A stretch of DNA of 64,000 nucleotides, from contig CAZYCL010000001.1 of NCBI GenBank assembly GCA_964645795.1, positions 95,194 through 159,193 on the forward strand, read 5' to 3'. The position numbers and the translations under genes are program-made. The stretch comes from an uncultured Planctomycetales bacterium. Lineage in GTDB: Bacteria; Omnitrophota; Gorgyraeia; Gygaellales; Profunditerraquicolaceae. Position 1 is the first letter of the stretch, and the number at the start of each line of letters is the position of its first letter. A model generated the notes under the pieces. That model was not told the DNA's origin, searched no databases, and saw only the letters and a list, made by a program, of their open reading frames with translations. This document shows positions 55,517 to 64,000 of this stretch, piece after piece.

Positions 55517-56305
55517 TTAGAACAACCTCATTAAAAGGTTAAAATTCAGCAATGCTTGCGTAAAAAAACGCTTGATGACCAGAAAAAATAAAGGCAGGGA
55601 GATTACTGCGAAAAACAATCCCAGCCCTATCTTTACGGGAAAACCTACGATCATGATATTGGCCTGGGGGACGGTTCGCGCGATTACCCCGTATGCCAGA
55701 TCAATAAGGAAAAGCGACATCACCAGGGGCGCGGATACCTTAAACCCTATGACAAAGATATAGGAAGCGATCTTAACCATACCCCAGACGATGTTTGGGC
55801 TGTAGCGAAAACCGTCAAGCGGAATGATCTGAAAGCTCTTGACCATGGCCTGCACCAGCCAATGATGGCCGTCTATCAATAAAAAAATAAAAATCGCGAA
55901 GATATAAAGGAATTGGCCCATGATCGGTATCTGCAACCTTGATTCGGGGTCAACGACATTGACAAAACCGAAACCCATCTCATAATCGATGAGCTGGCCG
56001 GCTATCTGGATACCCGCAAATAAAAGCCTGGCCGCAAACCCTATGATAAGGCCTATGGACACTTCCCTGACTATCGCCCCCAGGAACAAAAGATTATTGG
56101 AATGAAGGCTCAGGCCATTTATCGGGACAAAGGGAAAGACGATCATGCTCATAAAAAATAGCAGCCCGATCTTGACCATTGCCGGAATATTGCGGTTGCT
56201 CAAAAGTGGGGCATCAAGGAAGAGTCCGCCGAGTCGGCAGAGGACAAAAAGAAATGCCTCCAACTGAAGAGGGTTAAGTTGTTTTATCTGGGTAATGATA
56301 TCCAT
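55517..56305 (-). CDS. fliR: Flagellar export protein FliR
   Basis: 262-aa polytopic membrane protein downstream of fliQ. Confidence 0.9.
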   Translation of the reverse strand: MDIITQIKQLNPLQLEAFLFVLCRLGGLFLDAPLLSNRNIPAMVKIGLLFFMSMIVFPFVPINGLSLHSNNLLFLGAIVREVSIGLIIGFAARLLFAGIQIAGQLIDYEMGFGFVNVVDPESRLQIPIMGQFLYIFAIFIFLLIDGHHWLVQAMVKSFQIIPLDGFRYSPNIVWGMVKIASYIFVIGFKVSAPLVMSLFLIDLAYGVIARTVPQANIMIVGFPVKIGLGLFFAVISLPLFFLVIKRFFTQALLNFNLLMRLF

Positions 56306-56309
56306 AGAT

Positions 56310-56579
56310 TCAGCGCGCTAAATACGGCAGATTAACCAGCAAGCCGTAGGTATAGGTCACGACGACCCTAAGCATCCAGGGGCCGAATATGACTATAGCC
56401 ACGAATACCGCAATTATCTTAGGCACAAAAGCCAGCGTAACATCCTGTATCGAAGTTATTGCCTGAAGGATGCTTATTACCAATCCCAAAATCAGCGATA
56501 ACCCCAGCAGCGGACCGGCTACCTTAAGCACGACCATCAGCGTACTTTGAGCCAAAGTAAGAATATAGGCTTCCGTCAA
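56310..56579 (-). CDS. fliQ: Flagellar export protein FliQ
   Basis: 89 aa with two transmembrane segments. ...LSLILGLVISILQAITSIQDVTLAFVPKI is the FliQ consensus. Confidence 0.9.
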   Translation of the reverse strand: MTEAYILTLAQSTLMVVLKVAGPLLGLSLILGLVISILQAITSIQDVTLAFVPKIIAVFVAIVIFGPWMLRVVVTYTYGLLVNLPYLAR

Positions 56580-56594
56580 CTGATTTACCTTTCT

Positions 56595-57353
56595 TTAATG
56601 AAAACTGTATACCAAAGACCTGCTGATAAGATGCCAGCCGTCCACCATTATAAAAAGCAGGATCTTAAAAGGGAACGAAATGATTACCGGCGGCAGGAGC
56701 ATCATGCCCATCGACATCAGGGCAGAAGCTACCACCATATCCACGACCAAAAAAGGTATGAATATAACAAACCCCATCTGGAAGGCAGTTTTTAGCTCGC
56801 TGATCACGAAAGCCGGTATCAAGATATGGTTCGGTATATCCTTGGGGGTTGCCGGCCGCGGCATCTTGGATAAATGCACAAACAGGGCCAAATCGTTTTG
56901 CCTGGTCTGCCTGAACATGAACTCTCGCAGGGGATCCATCGCCCGCTCAAAAGCAACCTCCTGGGTGATCTCATTCTTAAGATACGGCTGTATCGCCTCC
57001 TTGTTCATCTTCTCGCCGATAGGGGCCATCACAAAAACCGTCAAAAACAGCGCCAGGCCGACGATCACCTGGTTAGGAGGTATCTGCTGGGTAGCCATCG
57101 CTTGCCTGGTAAAGGCCAGGACGATGATTATCCTGGTAAAGGCAGTCAGCATTATGATAATCGCCGGGGCCAGGGTCAGGACCGTCAATAAAAGCAGTAT
57201 CTGGATGCTGGTAGAAACCTGCGCAGGCGTTTCGGCTGATCCAACGCGTAAGTTTATATCGGGGATAGTTACCGGCGCAGCATAAGCCGCTTGTGCCGAA
57301 AACGCCGCGCATAGCGCCAGCGATAACAATATTATCAATCTCGTCTTTTTCAT
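56595..57353 (-). CDS. fliP: Flagellar export protein FliP
   Basis: Signal peptide followed by the conserved IIIMLTAFTRIIIVLAFTRQA...FKT.F..GF core. Confidence 0.9.
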   Translation of the reverse strand: MKKTRLIILLSLALCAAFSAQAAYAAPVTIPDINLRVGSAETPAQVSTSIQILLLLTVLTLAPAIIIMLTAFTRIIIVLAFTRQAMATQQIPPNQVIVGLALFLTVFVMAPIGEKMNKEAIQPYLKNEITQEVAFERAMDPLREFMFRQTRQNDLALFVHLSKMPRPATPKDIPNHILIPAFVISELKTAFQMGFVIFIPFLVVDMVVASALMSMGMMLLPPVIISFPFKILLFIMVDGWHLISRSLVYSFH

Positions 57354-57355
57354 GC

Positions 57356-58000
57356 CTAACTCTTTTTCGAGCCGCGCAGAAAATCCGTAAGACCGCTAAA
57401 ATATAGGCGCAACTGATCCTGAGCGGCCTTTCTCTGTCGTGCGCCCTTGAAATGCTCCTTGAACGTGCGCACATTGGCAACCTTATCTTTGGACTTGGCA
57501 AAGATATCACGGACCTGCTGAGCATCTTCAATCTTATCCAAAAGCACCACGTCTTTATCGGATATGGACAAGACCAGTATCCGGACCTGATTTATCCCCA
57601 CCAAATAGATGCTCCTTTGCGGGCCTATGCTCACAGAATCAAGTATATCGAACATGCCGCCTTCAAGGATACTCGAAGGCCTGTACTTGGAAGTGACGGT
57701 CCTTAGCATAAACACCGTAAAGTACACCAGCACTATTATTACAACCAGCGAAAAGGCGAACTTGAAAAGTGTGCCCAGAAAAGTTGCGCCGCCCGCTTCG
57801 GCAGCCGGGGGCTGAGGAGGCGCATACTCGGGGACAAGCGGCCTCTGGGTATCCGCCTTCGGGGCGGCAGGCTTTTGGACCACGGGCTTCTGGAAAACCG
57901 CCTTTTGCGCCGAAGACTTGACCTTCTGCTGGGCATAAACAAACCCGGGGCTTATCAGCAAGAAGGATAAAACGGTAAGCGAAAAGATTATTTTTCTCAA
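57356..58000 (-). CDS. fliO: FliO/FliZ-like protein
   Basis: Signal peptide, Pro-rich linker, a single TM (FAFSLVVIIVLVYFTVFML), then a C-terminal domain. Immediately upstream of fliP. Confidence 0.6.
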   Translation of the reverse strand: MRKIIFSLTVLSFLLISPGFVYAQQKVKSSAQKAVFQKPVVQKPAAPKADTQRPLVPEYAPPQPPAAEAGGATFLGTLFKFAFSLVVIIVLVYFTVFMLRTVTSKYRPSSILEGGMFDILDSVSIGPQRSIYLVGINQVRILVLSISDKDVVLLDKIEDAQQVRDIFAKSKDKVANVRTFKEHFKGARQRKAAQDQLRLYFSGLTDFLRGSKKS

Positions 58001-58001
58001 C

Positions 58002-58910
58002 TTAAACCCTCTCGTTGGGATTGATGATATGCGTCAGCCTTACGCCGATGTTCTCGTCGATTATCACAACTTCGCCCTTAGCCAAAGGTTTGTTGTTAAG
58101 CATTATATCCACCGGCTCGCCGGAGAGCCTCTCCAGCTCTATGATCGAACCCACTCCCAGCTCTAAAACGTCCTTTAACGGCATCCTGGTCCTTCCCAGC
58201 TCCACGCTTAACTGCAGCGGTATATCCACAAGGAGGCTGCCCAGATCTCCGCTTGGAGAGGCCCCGCTTTTTTCCAAAGGAAAGAGGTTTAACGGTTCGA
58301 TGTTCTGGCCGGCCTTCTGCAGCTTTGCAGGAAGCGCCTGAGCCAGCTCTCCTGCTACATCTTGCCCCAGCCCCAGTAAAAGCGAACCATCGGCAATTCC
58401 TTCCAGGCTTACCTGCGCGCTTATAAGGGTCCCGGAGGACGATGCCTGGCTGATCACCGAAGCCCCGTCAGCCTCAAGCGTAGAAAGCTTTAAGTCCGGG
58501 TTGCTCAGGTTTACCTTTTTACTCAATGTCTGCGAGAGTGCCGCGGAAAATGCCGCCAGCATTTGATTGACCAGCTGCGTCAATACCCCCAGCTCGTTCT
58601 GGCCGATCTGCTCAGGAGGATTCTTGCCGCTACCACCCGTAGAGATGTCGCAGAGTATGCGGGCGAAATTTTCGTCTATCGCCAAGATGCCTTCCCCCTG
58701 CACGTCATTGGCAATAGCAAACCGGCTGATAAGCTGCGCTGAGGGATAGCGGCCAGCCAGCTCTTCGACGGATAATGTCGCGATCTCCTGAAGGCTGATT
58801 TGTGTTTTTACCCTTAAGACCGTGGAAAGCAGCGTCGCCGTCTGTTTTAAAACTTGAGCGAAAATCAACTTGAGCGCTTCGGCGCTCTTTGTTTCAAGAC
58901 CGTTTGCCAT
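58002..58910 (-). CDS. fliY: Flagellar motor switch protein FliY/FliN
   Basis: C-terminal FliN/SpoA domain (LELGVGSIIELERLSGEPVDIMLNNKPLAKGEVVIIDENIGVRLT). 302 aa with a CheC-like N-terminal half. Confidence 0.85.
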   Translation of the reverse strand: MANGLETKSAEALKLIFAQVLKQTATLLSTVLRVKTQISLQEIATLSVEELAGRYPSAQLISRFAIANDVQGEGILAIDENFARILCDISTGGSGKNPPEQIGQNELGVLTQLVNQMLAAFSAALSQTLSKKVNLSNPDLKLSTLEADGASVISQASSSGTLISAQVSLEGIADGSLLLGLGQDVAGELAQALPAKLQKAGQNIEPLNLFPLEKSGASPSGDLGSLLVDIPLQLSVELGRTRMPLKDVLELGVGSIIELERLSGEPVDIMLNNKPLAKGEVVIIDENIGVRLTHIINPNERV

Positions 58911-58928
58911 CTCTGTCCTCCTCTGTTT

Positions 58929-59591
58929 TTAGTAATTTACTATTACCTTCTGCCTTAAAACTGTCAAAACCACCCTGCGGTTAGCTGCCCTGCCCGCGGG
59001 CGTAGCGTTGCTGGCAACAGGACGGTATTCTCCGTAACCGGATGCCGATATGCGCGCAGGCTTTATCCCCAACTGCTCGACCAGATACTTGACCATGTTC
59101 GTCGCGCGGGCCGTAGATAATTCCCAGTTGGAGCCGAATTTTTCGTTTGATATAGGGACATTATCGGTATGCCCCTCGAGGTTTATCTCGTTATTGACAT
59201 CCTTTAGCTTGCTGACGATCTCATTCAATAGCGGCAGCGCCTGCGGCAGGATGTCGGCAGAGCCGCTGTTAAACATCAGCTTCTCGGAAAAGCTGATCGC
59301 CAGGCCCCGCTCGTTGATCTCCATAGCTATCGAATCGCCGAATCCGCGCTTTTCGGCCCACTCGGCTATCTCAAGCATCAGGCGCCTGAGCTGCTCCTCA
59401 TCCAGGACCACCGGAGGCTTCTTCATCTTCTTGAAGAAGCTGCTGAACTTTACGAGATTAATGTCCGAAAGACTGAACAGCAGGATAAAAAATACCATAA
59501 CCTGGGTAATAAGGTCGGCGTATGATAACATCCATGCCGGCGCCGGCTTTCCTATGCTTATGTCTTCCTGGCCTCTTTTTCTCCCTCTCAT
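58929..59591 (-). CDS. motB: Flagellar stator protein MotB
   Basis: WMLSYADLITQVMVFFILLF plug/TM segment. C-terminal OmpA-like peptidoglycan-binding domain. Confidence 0.85.
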   Translation of the reverse strand: MRGRKRGQEDISIGKPAPAWMLSYADLITQVMVFFILLFSLSDINLVKFSSFFKKMKKPPVVLDEEQLRRLMLEIAEWAEKRGFGDSIAMEINERGLAISFSEKLMFNSGSADILPQALPLLNEIVSKLKDVNNEINLEGHTDNVPISNEKFGSNWELSTARATNMVKYLVEQLGIKPARISASGYGEYRPVASNATPAGRAANRRVVLTVLRQKVIVNY

Positions 59592-59600
59592 CTGATTTCC

Positions 59601-60386
59601 TTATTTCTTCTTGGCGGCCACGGCAGCCCCGGCCTGCCTTATCTTTTCCATGCGGGGGGTAATGTAAGCCTTGAGCTTTTCTCCGATAACTCGCGGCGAC
59701 TCGCCCGCCTGGATGGATAAAACGCCTTCCATGATTACTTCCTTTAATAGCAGCTCTTCCTGGCTCCTGACCTTTAATTTTCCGGCTATGGGAAGGAAGA
59801 TAAGATACGAAGCCAGGGCCCCGTAAAAGGTAGTGATGATGGCCACCGCCATGCCCGGGCCCACCTTCTTTGGATTATCCAGATTATACAACATAAGGAT
59901 AAGGCCCATCAGGGTACCGATCATACCGAAAGCCGGACAGTAGGTGCCGATGGAAACGAATATTTCCTGCCCCAGCTTATGCCTGTCCTGTAAAAACCCA
60001 AGCTCCTTCTCCAGGCTGTCTTTGAGCACGTCGCGGTCCATGCCGTCGACCACATGCTGAAGGCTTTTCCTCATAAACTCATCATCGATCTTGGCCATCT
60101 CATTGTCTAATGCCAAGAGCCCCTCCCTGCGCGCTTTTTCCGCCAAAGTTATGATCTTGTCTACAACCGCATAAGGCGTCATGGGACGCGAGAAGAACGC
60201 CTTCTGGGTCACCTTTAAAACCCTTAATACCTGGGCCGCAGGGTAATTCAGGAGCGTTGCCGCGAAGGCCCCTCCGAAAGTTATCATAAGAGACGGCGGA
60301 TTCCAGAACAGGACGAGATTGTCTTTTACCGCCAGCACCAAACATCCCACTCCGATGATGATACCTACTATACTGGTAATGTCCAT
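59601..60386 (-). CDS. motA: Flagellar stator protein MotA
   Basis: Four-TM MotA/TolQ/ExbB fold, including ...AFGMIGTLMGLILMLYNL. Confidence 0.9.
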   Translation of the reverse strand: MDITSIVGIIIGVGCLVLAVKDNLVLFWNPPSLMITFGGAFAATLLNYPAAQVLRVLKVTQKAFFSRPMTPYAVVDKIITLAEKARREGLLALDNEMAKIDDEFMRKSLQHVVDGMDRDVLKDSLEKELGFLQDRHKLGQEIFVSIGTYCPAFGMIGTLMGLILMLYNLDNPKKVGPGMAVAIITTFYGALASYLIFLPIAGKLKVRSQEELLLKEVIMEGVLSIQAGESPRVIGEKLKAYITPRMEKIRQAGAAVAAKKK

Positions 60387-60510
60387 AACTGCTCCCTTTT
60401 TATGATTTAATTTTCAAACTGCAGTCTAATTACTAACAAATTATTCAATTGAAATTATTACAATCAGCCCAAAACTCATCTTTATGAAAACGTAAATCTT
60501 TCAGAAATCC

Positions 60511-60720
60511 TTACTCTTCTTTTTTGTCAACGACAAGGGGGCGGACTATGCTGCGTTTATAGACGGTCACCTTCTCGACGATCTCATCCGCGCTATCACA
60601 GACCACGATCTTGTTGCCCGTCGTAAGAGTAATCACGGTATTCGGCGTAGTCTCGATATGGCTGATCAGCTCTGCGTTGACCACCAACTCCTTGCCGTTA
60701 AGCTGTTTCACTTTAATCAT
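60511..60720 (-). CDS. flbD: Flagellar protein FlbD
   Basis: MIKVKQLNGKELVVNAELISHIETTPNTVITLTTGNKIVV..S.DEIVEKV is the FlbD consensus. Start at the internal Met. Confidence 0.8.
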   Translation of the reverse strand: MIKVKQLNGKELVVNAELISHIETTPNTVITLTTGNKIVVCDSADEIVEKVTVYKRSIVRPLVVDKKEE

Positions 60721-60781
60721 AAGCTGAATTTTGTGGTGCTGTGCGGGTTTTAAGGCCCGCACAGCACCCAACTACTTGGTA

Positions 60782-62038
60782 TTACCTCTTCAAGTTAAGC
60801 AACTCCTGTAACATCTCATCCGAAGTGGTAATACTGCGTGAATTGGCCTGGAAACCGCGTTGCGCGGTGATCATAGTTGTGAACTCTTCTGCCAAATCCA
60901 CGTTGGACATTTCCAGCGTGCCTGCGGTAACGCTGCCTCTGCCGCCGGTCTGCGCCGTACCTATTTGGGGCGTCCCGGAGTTACCGGTCTCGCTCCACAT
61001 ATTGCTTCCTTCTTTAAACAAACCTCCGTAGTTGTTGAAATGCGCGATGGCCAACTGGGCCAAGTCCTGATTCAGGCCGTTGGAGTAGACCCCGCGGATG
61101 ATACCGGAGTCGCTGACCGCGTAAGACGTCAGCGTCCCGGAAGCATAACCATCCTGAGTGTTAGGTATCAGGGTGTTATCCGCGGCATATTGTGTCACAT
61201 TGGCTGTGCCAAAGGTGAGGTTGTAGTTCTGAGGTGTTAACGCGCCATACGCAGGTAAGTAGGTTATCTGGATGGCAGCTGTTTCAGCGGCGATAAGCTG
61301 ACCTGCGCCGTTGAAGTTAAGCGGCATGCTACCGCCGGTGACCGCAGCACCTATGATATTGGTATCGGCTGCCGGCCAGGTAACTCCCAGGCCCCAGGTA
61401 TTTGCCGCAGTTTTCGTGAAAGTCATGATCAGCGTATGCTGCGCGCCCAAAGAATCATAAAAGAGCGCAGACGCCGTATATGTGCCGCCTATTGCGGTAG
61501 TGGCATCGAGGTTACCGGTGAAGTCAACCGTAGTTGTAGCATTAGGTGCAAGGTTAGTGCCTATAGGAACATTGATGTTGCCTTCGGTTCCGGGCGTAGG
61601 CGTAATCACTCCGCCTACAGAAGTCCAGCCCAGGACATGCCAGCCGGTTGCCGTATCAACCAGGTCGCCGTTAGCATCCAGTGTGAACGATCCGGCACGC
61701 GTAAAGCGCACGGACGCGTTGTCCGTTATCATGAACATCCCGTTACCCTGCAAGGCCATATCGGTGTTGACTCCGGTAGTCTGAAGGTTGCCCTGGGTAA
61801 AAAGATTGTCGATTGCGCCCAGGCTCATGCCTAAACCGACCTGTTTGGGGTTAATACCGCCCACCGAAGTGGAAGGGATCGCGCCGCCGGAAAGGGTCTG
61901 GTTAAGGATATCCTGAAAATTGACCCTGCCCTTCTTGAACCCGATGGTATTGACGTTGGCAATGTTATTTGCCACCACATCCATCCTCACCTGGTGGTTC
62001 TTAAGACCGCCTATAGCGGTGAACATTGATCTTAACAT
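60782..62038 (-). CDS. flgE: Flagellar hook protein FlgE
   Basis: MLRSMFTAIGGLKNHQVRMDVVANNIANVNTIGFKK ... SNVDLAEEFTTMITAQRGFQANSRSITTSDEMLQELLNLKR. ATG at 62036-62038 with a GGAGG RBS. Confidence 0.9.
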   Translation of the reverse strand: MLRSMFTAIGGLKNHQVRMDVVANNIANVNTIGFKKGRVNFQDILNQTLSGGAIPSTSVGGINPKQVGLGMSLGAIDNLFTQGNLQTTGVNTDMALQGNGMFMITDNASVRFTRAGSFTLDANGDLVDTATGWHVLGWTSVGGVITPTPGTEGNINVPIGTNLAPNATTTVDFTGNLDATTAIGGTYTASALFYDSLGAQHTLIMTFTKTAANTWGLGVTWPAADTNIIGAAVTGGSMPLNFNGAGQLIAAETAAIQITYLPAYGALTPQNYNLTFGTANVTQYAADNTLIPNTQDGYASGTLTSYAVSDSGIIRGVYSNGLNQDLAQLAIAHFNNYGGLFKEGSNMWSETGNSGTPQIGTAQTGGRGSVTAGTLEMSNVDLAEEFTTMITAQRGFQANSRSITTSDEMLQELLNLKR

Positions 62039-62099
62039 GGTTTTTCGCCTCCTTAAAACGAGGCCTCCTCTCAAGCGAGGTCCAGCCTCTAGTTTAACC

Positions 62100-62483
62100 C
62101 TAGATTATTATCGCACTGTCAATGTTGGTAAACACGTTCTCTTTGATGCTTTCTCCGTCAATAGCAGTGATAACCATATGGTTCTTGATGCTGACGATCA
62201 GCGCCAGGTTATCCATCAGAACCAGGGATTCACGGCTGCCCTTGGCCTCGGCCTTGGCAACCGCGCTGTTAAGCTTTTCGATCTTCTCAGGGGTAAAAAC
62301 GATGTTTCTCTTCTGCAGCCGCTCCATGGCATGCCCCGAGAACTTCACTGCAGGCTGTATCTTAGCCTTTAATATGTCCTGAAAGGCGGATACACCCTGC
62401 AGCTGACCGGCAGGCTTAGTTACCCCTTGAGACTGAACCGGGTTTATCTTATTGCTATTGACCGGTTTGATTTCTCCTGTCAC
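62100..62483 (-). CDS. Flagellar operon protein of the flgD-flgE intergenic family (TIGR02530-like)
   Basis: 127 aa. ...FSGHAMERLQKRNI...LVLMDNLALIVSIKNHMVITAI, in the characteristic position between flgD and flgE. Confidence 0.55.
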   Translation of the reverse strand: MTGEIKPVNSNKINPVQSQGVTKPAGQLQGVSAFQDILKAKIQPAVKFSGHAMERLQKRNIVFTPEKIEKLNSAVAKAEAKGSRESLVLMDNLALIVSIKNHMVITAIDGESIKENVFTNIDSAIII

Positions 62484-62501
62484 TTAACTCAACCCCCTTT
62501 G

Positions 62502-62915
62502 CTAGTTAACGGAAAGGATCCTGTCGATGGTGACCCTGTATTCGGTCCCATCTTCCTGCTGAATGACCAGCTTTGCCAATCCGTCCTTGAATTCAACCGC
62601 GGTTACAGTACCGCTGATGCTTGCTCCGCTATCGTCTAAAGCCTCGATATTCCTGCCGACCAGAGAGGCGGTCTGGGAAAGGATCTGAAGATTCCCGAGG
62701 CTGGCCATAGTCTGGTTCAGGTTTATCATCTGCTCCAGCGAATTGAACTGGGCAAGCTGGGCGATGAAATCCTCATTCTTCATGGGATCAAGAGGATCCT
62801 GGTTCTGCAGCTGCGATATCATAAGCATCAGGAAATCGCTTTTGCCCAGCTCCTCCTTACCGCCCGTATCAGGGATATACCCCGTCAATTGGGTTAACGC
62901 GTTAGTAACAATCAT
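62502..62915 (-). CDS. flgD: Hook capping protein FlgD
   Basis: SDFLMLMISQLQNQDPLDPMKNEDFIAQLAQFNSLEQM is the FlgD signature. Confidence 0.85.
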   Translation of the reverse strand: MIVTNALTQLTGYIPDTGGKEELGKSDFLMLMISQLQNQDPLDPMKNEDFIAQLAQFNSLEQMINLNQTMASLGNLQILSQTASLVGRNIEALDDSGASISGTVTAVEFKDGLAKLVIQQEDGTEYRVTIDRILSVN

Positions 62916-62925
62916 CTTTCACCTC

Positions 62926-64000
62926 TTATATAAGGTAATTAACAAGCGCTGTCTCAAGATAATAATTCGGCTGAGTTTCACCTAAATTATCCGAAACCAG
63001 CGCTTTTTCAGCATCGTTTTCCACTTCTTCGAACCAGAGAGCGTTGGCCGTATCGGGGGCAACGAACTGCCCCTTGGGATGCTCGCTACCTGCGCGGGCA
63101 TCAACGCCGACAGAAACGGAGAACCTGTCCGTGGTAAAACCCCGGTCTCTCAAGGAATCCTTAAGCATTGAGAAGTTACTCTCCAGGGTCTCCTTGACCG
63201 CAAGGTTCGATACCTGGATACGTACAGACACCTTGCCGTCTTCCAGGGTCACCTTTAAAAAAGCCCTTCCCAGGTGTTCAGGCTTAAGCTCAATGAATGC
63301 CTCCTGAACCCGATCCCTGAGACTGGTATGGATCCTCTGGACGAACTGGTCCACGACCTCCTTCTGATTCAGCATTTGGTTGAGCGCATCGGCCTCTTCC
63401 AGGAACTTGGCCGCGTTATTGGCCAAAGCTTCGGTCTTTTCCGCGGACAAAGCGCTGCCTGCCGTAAAGATATTCGCTCCCCCTTCATTATCAAGATTAT
63501 TCTCGGCTAAATTGAACTTCAGCCCGATCTCTTTAATGAGGTTATCGCTCTTCGGCAGCTGCAGATACCTCGATTCGATATCAACGGGTTTATCCTTGGT
63601 TGATACCGTATCGGTTTCGCTCTTGGAAAGCACACCCTCCTGGCGGAGTCCATATGCCTTTGCGCTTGTATCCAAATCAGTCAGCTTTACCGATCTGGAT
63701 AGGTTTTGCGCTAAAGTAAGAAGTTTTTCGTAGGTCAGTCCTGCGGTCTCCGGTTTCTCAACCGGCGCATTATTGCCCTCGACTGCGACAGCGTCTGCTT
63801 CTGGCTGTTCCTGGACCTGGGGGAGATTATTGGCGATCTCCGGCTTTTGTTTAAGCTGTAACGAAACCAGCTCCGACAAAAGCTCCTGCCAACTAACTCC
63901 GGACAGCTTAACAGGCGTGCCATCGGCTTTTGCTTGCCCCAGCTTATCAAAAAGCAACTGAATAAGCTCAGAGCTCCCTTTCAGTTCTTCCAGCAGCTGG
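62926..64000 (-). CDS. fliK: Hook-length control protein FliK; 5' end beyond the window
   Basis: C-terminal Flg_hook domain (ELKPEHLGRAFLKVTLEDGKVSVRIQVSNLAVKETLES). The reading frame stays open from 63957 to the window end; the track start is a TTG. Confidence 0.8.
   Translation of the reverse strand, partial: QLLEELKGSSELIQLLFDKLGQAKADGTPVKLSGVSWQELLSELVSLQLKQKPEIANNLPQVQEQPEADAVAVEGNNAPVEKPETAGLTYEKLLTLAQNLSRSVKLTDLDTSAKAYGLRQEGVLSKSETDTVSTKDKPVDIESRYLQLPKSDNLIKEIGLKFNLAENNLDNEGGANIFTAGSALSAEKTEALANNAAKFLEEADALNQMLNQKEVVDQFVQRIHTSLRDRVQEAFIELKPEHLGRAFLKVTLEDGKVSVRIQVSNLAVKETLESNFSMLKDSLRDRGFTTDRFSVSVGVDARAGSEHPKGQFVAPDTANALWFEEVENDAEKALVSDNLGETQPNYYLETALVNYLI

Overview
The window is a 64 kb co-directional flagellar supercluster, probably from an uncultured diderm bacterium. 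Essentially all of the roughly 75 genes lie on the minus strand with tiny or overlapping gene junctions. Every CDS was called from the supplied translations by motif recognition only; no database search was possible.

The right-hand part (38.2-64 kb) is a Firmicutes-style fla operon: fliK-flgD-flgE-flbD-motAB-fliY-fliOPQR-flhBA-flhF-X-flhG-pilZ-pilZ-fliA ... fliM-flgFG-flgAHI-flgJ-flgN. The left-hand part carries the late operon flgM-flgK-flgL-fliW-csrA-flagellin-flaG-fliD. Both flgM and the flagellin gene have textbook sigma-28 promoters (TAAAGTTT-N11-GCCGATAA), and the flagellin 5'UTR carries two CsrA-type sites.

A ~23.4 kb, 22-gene, gap-free island (14.7-38.1 kb) sits between flgN and flgM. 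A second, smaller island lies downstream of fliD (0.5-7.8 kb). Between them they encode a CMP-nonulosonate (NeuC/NeuB/NeuA-type) pathway, two Maf-like (DUF115) putative flagellin glycosyltransferases, a GT9 transferase, a split transketolase and an AsnB/PseA-like amidotransferase. They also encode FemAB-like and GNAT acyltransferases, five class-I plus one FkbM methyltransferase, and nine radical-SAM enzymes (three B12-binding, six with SPASM/twitch-like C-terminal Cys clusters).

This radical-SAM-dense flagellin glycan-modification system is the most novel content. Secondary oddities are a pseudo-ATPase FlhG preceded by an inserted membrane coiled-coil protein that duplicates the DQAxxLR FlhF-activating motif, tandem YcgR-like PilZ proteins before fliA, and a second FliK-like/FlhB-C-terminal pair.
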